The notes beneath the pieces were generated by a model that searched no databases, was not told where the DNA came from, and saw only the letters and a list, made by a program, of their open reading frames with translations. The position numbers and the translations under genes were made by a program. A stretch of 32,000 bases of DNA from Candidatus Saccharimonadota bacterium (GTDB lineage: Bacteria; Pseudomonadota; Gammaproteobacteria; Enterobacterales; Enterobacteriaceae). The stretch covers positions 120,819 through 152,818 of the forward strand of contig NZ_CP046222.1 in the NCBI RefSeq assembly GCF_012571795.1. Direction: 5' to 3'. This document shows positions 19,746 to 29,103 of the stretch, piece after piece. Position 1 is the first letter of the stretch, and each line of letters starts with the position of its first letter.

Positions 19746-21254
19746 TTGAATCAAAACAAAATCAGTTTAGCATATTTATTAAAAAATCATATTCAAAATG
19801 CTATTCTTGAAAAAATTTTTATACAAAATATATCAACCAATAGTAAACAAATTAAACCTAATTGGTTATTTATTGCATTAAAAGGATATATATGTAATGG
19901 TAGAAATTTTATTAATGAAGCAATATCTAATGGAGCAAGTGCAATATTAACTTATAATAATACTAATAATACAAATTATATTTTTTATAATAATCATATT
20001 CCTATAATTTATATAAAAAAATTAAAATATTATTTATCATCTATTGCAGGTCTATTTTATAAACATCCTAGTAAGGAAATACCAGTAATTGGCATTACTG
20101 GCACCAATGGTAAAACTAGTGTAACAAATTTTTTAATGCAATGGTTATATTTACTAAATCAAAAACCTGCTATTTGTAGTACATTAGGTAATGGTTTTTA
20201 TAATAATTTAATAGAATCACATAATACTACAGAATCTGCAATTGAAATACAAGCTAAATTAAGAAATTTTATTAATCATCATTCTAATATTGTTATATTA
20301 GAAGTTTCTTCACATGGTATACATCAATATAGAATATCTGATATCAATTTTAATACAGGTATTTTTACTAACTTAACTAGAGATCATTTAGATTATCATA
20401 AAAATATGAATAATTACATAAATACTAAATGGTGTTTTTTTTCTAAACATATAGTACATAATAAAATTATTAATATTGATGATCCAATAGGATTTAAATG
20501 GTATAAAATATTATCTAATGCTATTGCTGTTACTACTAAAAAACATATGATATATAAAGAAAAATTATTTTTTATAGTAAAAAAAATAATTTATACATTA
20601 AATAAAACTATTATTATATTTCAATCTACATGGGGTTCAGGAATTTTACATTTAAATTTATTTGGTTATTTTAATGTGATTAATATTATTTTAAGCCTTA
20701 CCACATTATTGTCTTTAAAATATCCATTATTAAAATTAATCAATACTGCATCATTATTAAAACCAGTCTATGGTAGATTTAATATTTTAAATTATAAAAA
20801 TTTACCTAAAATAATTATTGATTACGCACATACTCCAGATGCTTTAAAAAATATTCTACAAACTATTAAACAATATTATACTACTAAAAAAATATGGTGT
20901 ATATTTGGTTGTGGTGGAGATAGAGATAAAAGTAAACGTCCAATAATGGGATGTATAGCTAGTAATTATGCTGATTATATTATTATTACTACTGATAATC
21001 CACGTAATGAAAATATACAATATATTAATCAAGATATTCTAAAAGGTTGCAATACTAAACATAATATACATATTATTGTAGATAGATTTCAAGCAATTTA
21101 TTATGCTATATTACATGCAAATATACAAGATATTATATTAATTTCTGGTAAAGGTCATGAAAAATATCAAATTATTGGTAATAATATTTTAAATATTTCT
21201 GATTATGATATTGTAGATAATATTTCTAAAAAAATACAAACAGATGCTAACTAA
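19746..21254 (+). CDS. murE: UDP-MurNAc-L-Ala-D-Glu:meso-diaminopimelate ligase MurE, 502 aa, with an apparent TTG start.
   Basis: Colinear with E. coli MurE (495 aa): (V/I)G.TGTNGKTS, NTTESA.E.Q, EVSSHG..Q.R, FTNL.RDHLDYH, DYAHTPDAL...L, CGGDRDK.KRP.MG, the meso-DAP determinant TTDNPR.E, and SGKGHE.YQI.GN. The homologous N-terminus has no in-frame ATG. The TTG at 19746 is preceded by an AAGG Shine-Dalgarno 10 nt upstream. Confidence 0.9.
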   Translation: MNQNKISLAYLLKNHIQNAILEKIFIQNISTNSKQIKPNWLFIALKGYICNGRNFINEAISNGASAILTYNNTNNTNYIFYNNHIPIIYIKKLKYYLSSIAGLFYKHPSKEIPVIGITGTNGKTSVTNFLMQWLYLLNQKPAICSTLGNGFYNNLIESHNTTESAIEIQAKLRNFINHHSNIVILEVSSHGIHQYRISDINFNTGIFTNLTRDHLDYHKNMNNYINTKWCFFSKHIVHNKIINIDDPIGFKWYKILSNAIAVTTKKHMIYKEKLFFIVKKIIYTLNKTIIIFQSTWGSGILHLNLFGYFNVINIILSLTTLLSLKYPLLKLINTASLLKPVYGRFNILNYKNLPKIIIDYAHTPDALKNILQTIKQYYTTKKIWCIFGCGGDRDKSKRPIMGCIASNYADYIIITTDNPRNENIQYINQDILKGCNTKHNIHIIVDRFQAIYYAILHANIQDIILISGKGHEKYQIIGNNILNISDYDIVDNISKKIQTDAN

Positions 21255-22602
21255 TTTAACACAAATAGCAGATATTACTAATGGAATATTAATTGGAGAT
21301 AATACTAGTATTCGTAGTTATTCAATTAATAGTAAGATTATTTACAATAATTGTATGTTTATTGCTATATGTGGTAAAAAATTTGATGGACATAATTATA
21401 TTAATGAAGCTATTAAAAATGGTGCACAAGCATTACTTGTACAACAATATATAAGAACAATTATACCACAAATTATTGTTAATGATACTATATTCAGTCT
21501 AGGATTAATTAGTGCATGGAAAAGATCACAATTTAAAAATACAGTAATTGGTATTACTGGTACTAGTGGCAAAACTTCAGTAAAAGAAATGACTGTTTCT
21601 ATACTACAACGTATAAAAAAAACTATATATACTATTGATAATATGAATAATCATATTGGAGTGCCATTAACATTATTAAATTTAAATAATACATATAAAT
21701 ATGCTGTAATTGAAATTGGTGCAAATAATTTATACGATATTTCTTATATAAGTAATATTGTAAAACCAAATATAGCAATTATTAATAATATATCTATTGC
21801 ACATTTAGAAGGGTTTAAAAATTTAAATAATATTATTAAAAGTAAAATACAGATTTTTAATTATCTAAAAAATAATGGTACAATTATTATTAATTATGAT
21901 GATGATCATCAAAAAAATATTTTACATACAATAAAACATAATAATATTTTAACTTTTTCTATAAATAATAAAAATACTGATTTTTTTACTAGTAATATAC
22001 AGATTAATACTGATAAAATAGAATTTAATTTACATACTCCTATAGGAATACAATTAATTAATTTGTTTATTATTGGTGGTATACATAATATACAAAATGC
22101 ATTAGCATCAGCAGTTATAGCATTTACAATGGGAATAACGTTAGAAGATATTGCTAATGGATTAAAATATTTTAAACCTATTCAAGGTAGAATGTATCCA
22201 ATTTTTGTTAGTAAAAATAAATTAATTTTAAATGATGCATATAATGCAAATCCTAATTCTGTAATTCAAGCTATTAATATCTTACAAAAAATAACAGGAC
22301 CGAAATTATTAATTATTGGTGATATGATGGAATTGGGTACAAAAACATTATTTTATCATGAATATATAGGGAAAAAGCTATCTGGCACAAATATAAATTT
22401 TATATTTAGTATAGGAAATTATAGTAAGTATATTACTAAAAATATTAGTAATGCTAAACATTTTTTATCTTCGCAGGATTTAATAACACAATTGTTTATA
22501 ACAATACAGAATTTGCAACATTATACAATTCTATTTAAAGGATCTTATCATAGTCATATAGGTAAATTAATTAAAATATTTTTGGAAAAATTAAAATGTT
22601 AA
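21244..22602 (+). CDS. murF: UDP-MurNAc-tripeptide:D-Ala-D-Ala ligase MurF, 452 aa.
   Basis: Colinear with E. coli MurF (452 aa): L.Q(L/I).DI.NG.L.G, (F/V)A..G..FD(A/G)H....A...GA.ALLV, (L/I)TG(S/T)SGKTSVKEMT, N.NN.IGVP.TLL.L......A.IE.GAN, NN...AHLEGF, G.HNI.NALA.A, GR..P, D(S/D)AYNANP.S, GDM.ELG. It overlaps murE by 11 nt. Confidence 0.9.
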   Translation: MLTNLTQIADITNGILIGDNTSIRSYSINSKIIYNNCMFIAICGKKFDGHNYINEAIKNGAQALLVQQYIRTIIPQIIVNDTIFSLGLISAWKRSQFKNTVIGITGTSGKTSVKEMTVSILQRIKKTIYTIDNMNNHIGVPLTLLNLNNTYKYAVIEIGANNLYDISYISNIVKPNIAIINNISIAHLEGFKNLNNIIKSKIQIFNYLKNNGTIIINYDDDHQKNILHTIKHNNILTFSINNKNTDFFTSNIQINTDKIEFNLHTPIGIQLINLFIIGGIHNIQNALASAVIAFTMGITLEDIANGLKYFKPIQGRMYPIFVSKNKLILNDAYNANPNSVIQAINILQKITGPKLLIIGDMMELGTKTLFYHEYIGKKLSGTNINFIFSIGNYSKYITKNISNAKHFLSSQDLITQLFITIQNLQHYTILFKGSYHSHIGKLIKIFLEKLKC

Positions 22603-23693
22603 TTTTATTAACACATTATTTATATTATATAATGAAATATAATTTCAATATTACAAATTTAATATTCAGATTATTTATGAGTTTAATTACATCTTTATTA
22701 ATAGTATTAATATTAAGTCCTATTTTTATCAATTATATCAAAAAAAAAAATATATTACAGATTATTAGATCTAATGGTCCTATAACACATATTAATAATA
22801 AATGTAATACACCTACTATGGGTGGTGTTATTATATTAACATCAATTTTTATAACTGTTATTATATGGTCTAATTTATTAAATTTATATATTATATACAC
22901 ACTAATTATATTATTAATTTATGCAGTTATTGGTTTTGTAGATGATTACTATAAAATTATTTTAAAACATCATCAAGGATTATATATTAAACAAAAATTA
23001 TTACTACAATCTGTTGTTACTTTTATTATGGGTACATATATTTATTATCAAAATAATAAATATATGTCAATATTACAAATTAATATACCATTTTATAAAA
23101 ATATTTTTATTTATACAAATTATTTTATATATATAATAATTACTTATATGATTATTGTAGGGTTAAGTAATGCAATCAATTTGACAGATGGATTAGATGG
23201 CCTAGTTATTATGCCTATTATTTTTACATCAATTGGTTTAATAATTTTATGTTTTATAACAGGTGATATTGATTTTAGTAAATATTTTAATGTTCAATAT
23301 ATTAAATATTCTAAAGAATTATCTATAATATGTTGTTCATTAATAGGTTCTGGGTTAGGATTTTTATGGTTTAATACATATCCTGCTATAATATTTATGG
23401 GTGATGTAGGTTCATTAACACTAGGTAGTATAATTGGATTAATTATTATTTTAATTAGACAAGAATTTTTATCTTTAATTATGTGTGGTATTTTTATTAT
23501 AGAAGCTTTATCAGTCATGATACAAATTTTTATGTTTAAACTTAAAAAAAAGCGTGTATTATTAATGGCACCTATACATCATCATTTTGAATTACAAGGA
23601 TGCCCAGAACCACGCATTATAGTTCGTTTTTGGATTATATCATTAATATTAATATTTTGTGCTATAGCAATATTACAAATAAATCATATATGA
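22596..23693 (+). CDS. mraY: Phospho-N-acetylmuramoyl-pentapeptide transferase MraY, 365 aa.
   Basis: Colinear with E. coli MraY (360 aa): ML..L..(H)L..Y, G(P).....K..TPTMGG..IL, IGFVDDY.K, N(A)(V/I)NLTDGLDGL.IMP, GLGFLWFNTYPA..FMGDVGSL.LG, LLRQEF, MAPIHHH.EL.G.PEPR.IVRFWIISL. It overlaps murF by 7 nt, and its TGA stop overlaps the murD ATG (ATGA). Confidence 0.95.
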   Translation: MLILLTHYLYYIMKYNFNITNLIFRLFMSLITSLLIVLILSPIFINYIKKKNILQIIRSNGPITHINNKCNTPTMGGVIILTSIFITVIIWSNLLNLYIIYTLIILLIYAVIGFVDDYYKIILKHHQGLYIKQKLLLQSVVTFIMGTYIYYQNNKYMSILQINIPFYKNIFIYTNYFIYIIITYMIIVGLSNAINLTDGLDGLVIMPIIFTSIGLIILCFITGDIDFSKYFNVQYIKYSKELSIICCSLIGSGLGFLWFNTYPAIIFMGDVGSLTLGSIIGLIIILIRQEFLSLIMCGIFIIEALSVMIQIFMFKLKKKRVLLMAPIHHHFELQGCPEPRIIVRFWIISLILIFCAIAILQINHI

Positions 23694-25003
23694 TAAAAAA
23701 GATAAATATTATTATTGGTTTAGGTATTACAGGCGTATCGTGTATAAATTTCTTTTTAAAAAAAGGTATTATTCCATATTTAATGGATATTAATCCAACA
23801 CCAATATATATAAAAAAAATACCGAAATTTATACCATGTTGTTTTGGTTCATATAATATACAATGGATTAAAAATGCAAAATTAATTGTTATAAGTCCAG
23901 GAATATCTATATTTCATCCTATGCTAACATTAGCTAAGAAATTAGGTATACCAATTATTGGAGATATAGAATTATTTTGTTTAAATACTACTACACCTAT
24001 AATAGCAATTACCGGCACTAATGGTAAAAGTACTGTAATAGATATTTTAAAAAAAATTATACATAAATATAAATATAATATTGGTATTGGTGGCAATATT
24101 GGATATCCTGCATTAGATTTATTGAATATATCGCGAGATTTTTATATTTTAGAATTATCTAGTTTTCAATTAGAAACCATTAAGAGTTTAAAAGCATATA
24201 TTGCTATGATATTAAATATTACTGAAGATCATTTAGATAGATATCCTTTAGGTTTTCAACAATATCGTAATTTTAAATTACAAATTTATAATAATGCAAA
24301 TATTTGTATATATAATAATAGTGATAAATATACATATCCTAGAACATTTTTTAAAGATACTAAATATGTTACTTTTGGAAGTAAAAATTGTTATTATAAA
24401 TTATATATAAATAATAACAATATATTTTTAAAAATTAATAATAAAACTATTTTAAATTTTAAATATACTAAATTAATAGGAATACATAATTATATAAATG
24501 TTTTAGCAGTATTATGTTTAACAGATCAATTAAATATACCACATAATCATGTATTAAATATAATTAAAAATTATACTAATAATCCACACACATTACAAAT
24601 TATTAATACAAGTAATGGTATAACATGGATTAATGATTCTAAATCTACTAATGTTGGTAGCACTAAAGCAGCTTTAAAGTATTTATATAATAAAAAAAAA
24701 ATTTGGTTATTATTAGGTGGATATGATAAAAATTGTCAATTACATTTATTAAAAAATTATATTAATAAAGATAATATAATTATTTATTGTTTTGGCACTG
24801 CAAGTAATGTAATTAAATCTTTATATCCTAAAGCTATTAAAGTTAATTCTATGAAGGAAGCATTACAACAAATTCATTTATTAGTTAAATATGGAGATAT
24901 AGTATTATTATCACCAGCATGCTCAAGCATTGACCAATTTAAAAACTTTAAACATAGAGGAAAAGAATTTATTAATATAGTAAAAAAATTAACAACACAA
25001 TAA
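23690..25003 (+). CDS. murD: UDP-MurNAc-L-Ala:D-Glu ligase MurD, 437 aa. The start is revised from the track's 23600.
   Basis: From the ATG at 23690 (ATGA overlap with the mraY stop) the protein reads MIKKINIIIGLGITGVSC.NFF, aligning with E. coli MurD (438 aa) KNVVIIGLGLTGLSCVDFF. Later motifs also match: SPGI....P, I.GDIELFC, P..AITG(S/T)NGKSTV, GGNIG.PAL.LL, LELSSFQLET, ILN.TEDH.DRYP.G.QQYR..K..IY, G.HNY.N.LA, W.NDSK(A/S)TNVGST.AAL, LLSPAC(A/S)S.DQFKNF..RG.EF. The upstream 30 codons in the track lie inside mraY in another frame. Confidence 0.9.
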   Translation: MIKKINIIIGLGITGVSCINFFLKKGIIPYLMDINPTPIYIKKIPKFIPCCFGSYNIQWIKNAKLIVISPGISIFHPMLTLAKKLGIPIIGDIELFCLNTTTPIIAITGTNGKSTVIDILKKIIHKYKYNIGIGGNIGYPALDLLNISRDFYILELSSFQLETIKSLKAYIAMILNITEDHLDRYPLGFQQYRNFKLQIYNNANICIYNNSDKYTYPRTFFKDTKYVTFGSKNCYYKLYINNNNIFLKINNKTILNFKYTKLIGIHNYINVLAVLCLTDQLNIPHNHVLNIIKNYTNNPHTLQIINTSNGITWINDSKSTNVGSTKAALKYLYNKKKIWLLLGGYDKNCQLHLLKNYINKDNIIIYCFGTASNVIKSLYPKAIKVNSMKEALQQIHLLVKYGDIVLLSPACSSIDQFKNFKHRGKEFINIVKKLTTQ

Positions 25004-25072
25004 TATAAATATTTACTACATAATATTAAAATATTATATTATAAATTATATAAAATATAATATAATATTATT

Positions 25073-26134
25073 ATGAATAAAAAAATTATTATAATAGCAG
25101 GTGGTACGGGAGGACATATATATCCTGCTTTAAATATAGCATGTTTACTAATGAAACAGGGATGGGAAGTTCGTTGGTTAGGATGTATGAATAGAATGGA
25201 ATCGTATATTATACCACAAAAAGGAATTAAAATTAATTTAATAGATTTTACGTATTTTAAAACAAAAAATATATTTTTTAATATATTTACATTATGGAAA
25301 TTAATAAAAGCATTATTTTATTCTATAAATATTTATAAAACATACAAACCAGATATTATACTATCTATGGGAAGTTATATATCTGGTCCTCCTGGAATTG
25401 CTGCTTGGTTATATAGAATTCCTTTAGTTATACACGAACAAAATAATATTGCTGGTTTTACTAATAAAATTTTATCTAAATTTGCTATTAAAATTATGCA
25501 AGCATATCCATATACTTTTAATAAAGGCATTTTAGTAGGTAATCCTGTAAATAAACAAATTATCAAACTGTCTGTATATAAAAGAGCTACAATAAAGATA
25601 CATCATCCAATACATGTATTTATTACAGGAGGTAGTCAAGGTTCACAAACAATAAATATTTTAGGTGTAAAATTAGCATATATACTTAAGTATAAAATTT
25701 CTATTTTACATCAAGTAGGTCAAAATAATTTAATACACATTTTAAATAAATATAAAAAAAATAAAGTTAATAATTTTATTTTAAAAGAATATATACCAGA
25801 TATGTATGAAGCATATAAATGGGCTGATATTATTATCAGTAGATCAGGTGCAATGACAGTTAGTGAAATTACTATAATAGGATTACCAGCAATTTTTATC
25901 CCCTTTAAACATAAAGATAAACAACAATATTTGAATGCAATTCCATTAAAAAATATAGGAGCTGCAGAAATATTTGAACAAGATAATATAAATATACATA
26001 AAATTGCATATATTATTCTTTCTTTAAATACACATAATATAAAAAAAATGTTAGTAAAATCTAATAACTTATGTATATATAATTCAACAGAATTAATTTG
26101 TAATGAAATTAATTTAATCTTCAATAAAAACTAA
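25073..26134 (+). CDS. murG: UDP-GlcNAc:lipid I N-acetylglucosaminyltransferase MurG, 353 aa.
   Basis: Colinear with E. coli MurG (355 aa): AGGTGGH..P.L..A..LM.QGW.VRWLG, YKPD..L.MG.Y.SGP.G.AAW...IP.V.HEQN.IAG.TNK.L, QA(F/Y)P, VGNPV, GGSQG, WAD....RSGA.TVSEI...GLPA.F.PF.HKD.QQY.NA.PL...GAA. Confidence 0.9.
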   Translation: MNKKIIIIAGGTGGHIYPALNIACLLMKQGWEVRWLGCMNRMESYIIPQKGIKINLIDFTYFKTKNIFFNIFTLWKLIKALFYSINIYKTYKPDIILSMGSYISGPPGIAAWLYRIPLVIHEQNNIAGFTNKILSKFAIKIMQAYPYTFNKGILVGNPVNKQIIKLSVYKRATIKIHHPIHVFITGGSQGSQTINILGVKLAYILKYKISILHQVGQNNLIHILNKYKKNKVNNFILKEYIPDMYEAYKWADIIISRSGAMTVSEITIIGLPAIFIPFKHKDKQQYLNAIPLKNIGAAEIFEQDNINIHKIAYIILSLNTHNIKKMLVKSNNLCIYNSTELICNEINLIFNKN

Positions 26135-26143
26135 ATAAATATA

Positions 26144-27613
26144 ATGAAATATAAAAAAAACAGTTGTAATAATTATAATATATTACCAAAAATTAATTTT
26201 ATAAAAAAATCTATATATCTTATTGGTATTGGTGGTATTGGAATGTGTGGTATTGCCAAAATTTTAATTAAATTAGGTTATAAAGTAAGTGGATCAGATA
26301 TTATAGAAACTTACACTATAAAAGATTTAATTTTATTAGGTGCAAAAATATATTTAGGACATAATAATACCGAACATATTAGTAAAACAGATATAGTTGT
26401 AATTTCTACTGCCATTAAACCTAATAATCCTGAATTACTATTTGCTATAAATAATAATATGTATATTATGCATAGAGCACATATGTTATCAGAATTAATG
26501 AAATATTATTATAATATTATTGTATGTGGTACACATGGTAAAACAACAACTACAGCTATGATTTGTGAAATATTTCAATTATTAAAACAACATCCTACTT
26601 TTATTAATGGTGGGATTATAAAAAAAACAAAATTATATGCTAATTTAGGAAATAGTAAATATTTTATTACTGAAGCAGATGAAAGCGATAAATCTTTTTT
26701 ATATTTTAATCCTATTATTAATGTTATAACTAATATTGATAATGAACATTTAGAATGTTATGCAAATAATATTGAATTATTAAAAGAACATTTTTTAAAA
26801 TTAATGGAAAAAGTACCATTTTATGGTTGCAATATTATTTGTATAGATAATAATCATATTATGCAATTAATACATAATAATAATATTAAAAATAATATTA
26901 TTACATATGGATTTAAAAATAATGCTCATTACCAATTAACAAATTATATACAAAAAAATAATACAAGTACATTTAATATTACAAATATACAACAAAATAT
27001 GACATGGTTGATAAAATTAAATATTCCTGGCATACATAATGCTCTTAATGCTACAGCTGCTTTTATAACATCACAATATATTGGATTAAAAAATAGTCAA
27101 ATTATTACAGCTTTAGAACAATATTCTGGAACACAAAGAAGATATGATATAAGAGGTTATTTTAAATATAATTTTAATAAATTTCATGGCAAAGTGGTTA
27201 TTATAGATGATTATGGACATCATCCTACAGAAATAAAAATGACTATTCAAACTATTCGTTATAGTTGGCCTAAATATCGTTTAATAATGATTTTTCAGCC
27301 ACATAAATATTCTAGAATTAAAAATTTATTACAAGAATTTGTACAAATATTATCTACTGTAGATAATTTATTTATTTTAGATGTTTACTCTGCAGGAGAA
27401 CAATATTTAAAAGATGCAAATAGTTATATTTTATATAAAAAAATAAAAAAATTAGGAATAGTTATACCAGTGTTAAGTAAATGGTATAATTATTATGATT
27501 TAATAACATCTATATCTACAGTATTAAAAGGAAAAGATATATTACTATTTCAAGGTGCAGGAGATATTAATTGTTTATCATCACTATTAATAAAAAACAA
27601 ATTTAAAATATAA
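26144..27613 (+). CDS. murC: UDP-N-acetylmuramate:L-alanine ligase MurC, 489 aa.
   Basis: Colinear with E. coli MurC (491 aa): (F/L).GIGG.GM.GIA..L...GY..SGSD, GTHGKTTTTAM, PTF.NGG, EADESD.SFL...P....TNI...H...Y, PFYG, PG.HNALNA.AA, GT.RR(F/Y)D, DDYGHHPTE, FQPH(R/K)..R...L...F...L...D.L..L.VY.AGE, QGAG.I. Confidence 0.95.
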   Translation: MKYKKNSCNNYNILPKINFIKKSIYLIGIGGIGMCGIAKILIKLGYKVSGSDIIETYTIKDLILLGAKIYLGHNNTEHISKTDIVVISTAIKPNNPELLFAINNNMYIMHRAHMLSELMKYYYNIIVCGTHGKTTTTAMICEIFQLLKQHPTFINGGIIKKTKLYANLGNSKYFITEADESDKSFLYFNPIINVITNIDNEHLECYANNIELLKEHFLKLMEKVPFYGCNIICIDNNHIMQLIHNNNIKNNIITYGFKNNAHYQLTNYIQKNNTSTFNITNIQQNMTWLIKLNIPGIHNALNATAAFITSQYIGLKNSQIITALEQYSGTQRRYDIRGYFKYNFNKFHGKVVIIDDYGHHPTEIKMTIQTIRYSWPKYRLIMIFQPHKYSRIKNLLQEFVQILSTVDNLFILDVYSAGEQYLKDANSYILYKKIKKLGIVIPVLSKWYNYYDLITSISTVLKGKDILLFQGAGDINCLSSLLIKNKFKI

Positions 27614-28546
27614 ATGAGTTATCTTATGTCTAATAAAATAGCAGTTTTATTTGGTGGTAAATCATTAGAAAAAAACATATCATTACAATCTTGTAAAGCG
27701 ATTTTAAGAGCATTAAAAAAATTAAAAATAAGTGCTTATGGATTAGATATCTGTGATTTTCCTATATTTAATTTAAAAAAATATGGTTTTACAAAGGTTT
27801 TTATAGCAGTCCACGGCAAATTTGGTGAAGATGGGATATTACAGAGTATATTAGATTATATAAATATTCCATATACTGGTAGTAGAATGTTGCCTACGGC
27901 AATTACTATAAATAAACATCTTACAAAAACCATTTGGAAAGCATATAACTTACCTGTATATCCCCATTTTTTATTAAACAAAATAGATTTTACAGAAAAA
28001 AATTATATAAATATTAAAAATAAATGTTTATCTTTAAAATTGCCTATTTTTATTAAACCTAATTGTAGTGGTTCTAGTTTAGGTATTATAAAAATTAATT
28101 CTATAGATAAATTATTAATGGGTATTGAAAAAGCATTTAATTATAGTAATGAAATTTTATTAGAAAAATATATTCAAGGCACAGAATATACTATAGGTAT
28201 ATTAAATAATATAACATTACCAATAATTAAAATTGATTATCCAGGGATATTTTATGATTATAATAATAAATATAATAATAATTTAACAAAATATCTTTGT
28301 CCTAGTGATTTAACGCAACAAAAAGAATATGAATTATCTCAATTAGCTTTAAAAGCATGGAATATTTTAAATTGTTCTGGATGGGGTCGTATTGATGTTA
28401 TTTTAGATAAAAAAAAATCTTTTCAATTATTAGAAATAAATACAGTTCCAGGTATGACTAAAAATAGTTTATATCCTAAAGCTGCAAAACAATACGGATT
28501 ATCATTTAATAAATTAGTTTTATCTATTTTAAATATGGCTAGATAA
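27614..28546 (+). CDS. ddlB: D-alanine--D-alanine ligase DdlB, 310 aa, or 306 aa if translation starts at the ATG at 27626.
   Basis: Colinear with E. coli DdlB (306 aa): M(T/S).KIAVL.GG.S.E...SL.S, F.KVFIA.HG..GEDG.LQ..L......PYTGS, KP...GSS.G, E(K/)(W/Y)..G.E.T..IL, FYDY..KY, CP..L, GWGRIDV.LD, LLE.NT.PGMT..SL.P.AA.Q.G.SF..LV..IL. The ATG at 27614 abuts the murC TAA. The ATG at 27626 gives MSNKIAVL, which fits the E. coli N-terminus (MTDKIAVL) better. I cannot decide between them from sequence alone. Confidence 0.9.
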   Translation: MSYLMSNKIAVLFGGKSLEKNISLQSCKAILRALKKLKISAYGLDICDFPIFNLKKYGFTKVFIAVHGKFGEDGILQSILDYINIPYTGSRMLPTAITINKHLTKTIWKAYNLPVYPHFLLNKIDFTEKNYINIKNKCLSLKLPIFIKPNCSGSSLGIIKINSIDKLLMGIEKAFNYSNEILLEKYIQGTEYTIGILNNITLPIIKIDYPGIFYDYNNKYNNNLTKYLCPSDLTQQKEYELSQLALKAWNILNCSGWGRIDVILDKKKSFQLLEINTVPGMTKNSLYPKAAKQYGLSFNKLVLSILNMAR

Positions 28547-28635
28547 TTATTTTTTATAAAAATAATATTTTTATAAAATTTGTTTGATATAAAACTATTA
28601 ATGTAAAAATTATACGTATTTTACCTAAAAAAATA

Positions 28636-29103
28636 TTATTTAGATGATGCAATAAATTTAATGATAATATTACGTAATTTTATAGGACTTTTTTTAGATA
28701 GTTTTTTTAATAATGTTACACTATATTTAGTCAGCATATTATTATTTATATATTTATTTTTTTTAAAACAATTTATGGAAATTATAGGATTAATATTAAA
28801 TTTAATGTCTTTTAAAGATGGTATAATAAATTTTTGTAATATACATATAAGATTAGATTTCTCTTTAAGAAAACTAAGCATATAATTAGAATTAGCAATT
28901 TCTATAAATAAAATATTATTTTGTAAATTTTGTACATTATATATATGATATAATTTTTTTGAAATATTTTGTTTAATAAATTTTTCTATTTTTATTAATA
29001 GATTAACATGTATTTGTAATTTTATTAAAATTTTTACATACGAAGGATAATGATTATTTATTTTTAAAATTTTATTAATTGGCAATAATTTATTATTTCT
29101 CAT
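28636..29103 (-). CDS. 155-aa basic ORF, probably a real gene. The tentative assignment is a DUF721 / DciA-like protein (replicative-helicase operator family).
   Basis: The ORF fills almost the whole ddlB-secA gap. A 155-codon stop-free run is improbable by chance in sequence this AT-rich. The layout resembles my recollection of gammaproteobacterial DUF721/DciA proteins (~150-160 aa). These are often encoded divergently from secA, downstream of lpxC, in Vibrio/Pseudomonas-type genomes. The shared features are a helical N-terminus, a core KLYHIYNVQNLQNNILFIEIANSNYMLSFLKEKSNLICILQKFIIPSLKDIKFNINP (the h..v..l..g.L.l.v.s...a..L......ll..l....l..i.f.v.P pattern), and a basic C-terminal tail. No profile search was possible, so the family call is unverified. 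Confidence 0.5.
   Translation of the reverse strand: MRNNKLLPINKILKINNHYPSYVKILIKLQIHVNLLIKIEKFIKQNISKKLYHIYNVQNLQNNILFIEIANSNYMLSFLKEKSNLICILQKFIIPSLKDIKFNINPIISINCFKKNKYINNNMLTKYSVTLLKKLSKKSPIKLRNIIIKFIASSK

Noticed and set aside
23600-23689. The 30-codon N-terminal extension of murD in the ORF track.
   Set aside because: It lies inside the mraY coding region in another frame. MurD homology starts at the ATG at 23690, which forms a classic ATGA stop/start overlap with mraY.
25720-26124. A 134-aa ORF on the - strand inside murG, plus a 63-aa ORF at 25375..25566.
   Set aside because: Both are antisense to well-conserved murG sequence. In this frame stops arise only when a T/C-ending sense codon precedes a TA- or CA-initial codon. 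Here Tyr, His and Gln codons happen to follow A/G-ending codons. This is a curious codon-context effect, but there is no independent evidence of a gene.
3713-28885. Other short nested ORFs from the track: 3713-3952 (+), 10478-10660 (+), 14892-15101 (+), 15576-15782 (+), 23294-23518 (-), 23914-24096 (-), 28661-28885 (+).
   Set aside because: Each lies wholly inside, and antisense to, a confidently identified conserved gene (hisG, tkt, gyrA, mutS, mraY, murD, or the 155-aa ORF). All are 60-79 aa, low complexity, and without translation signals.
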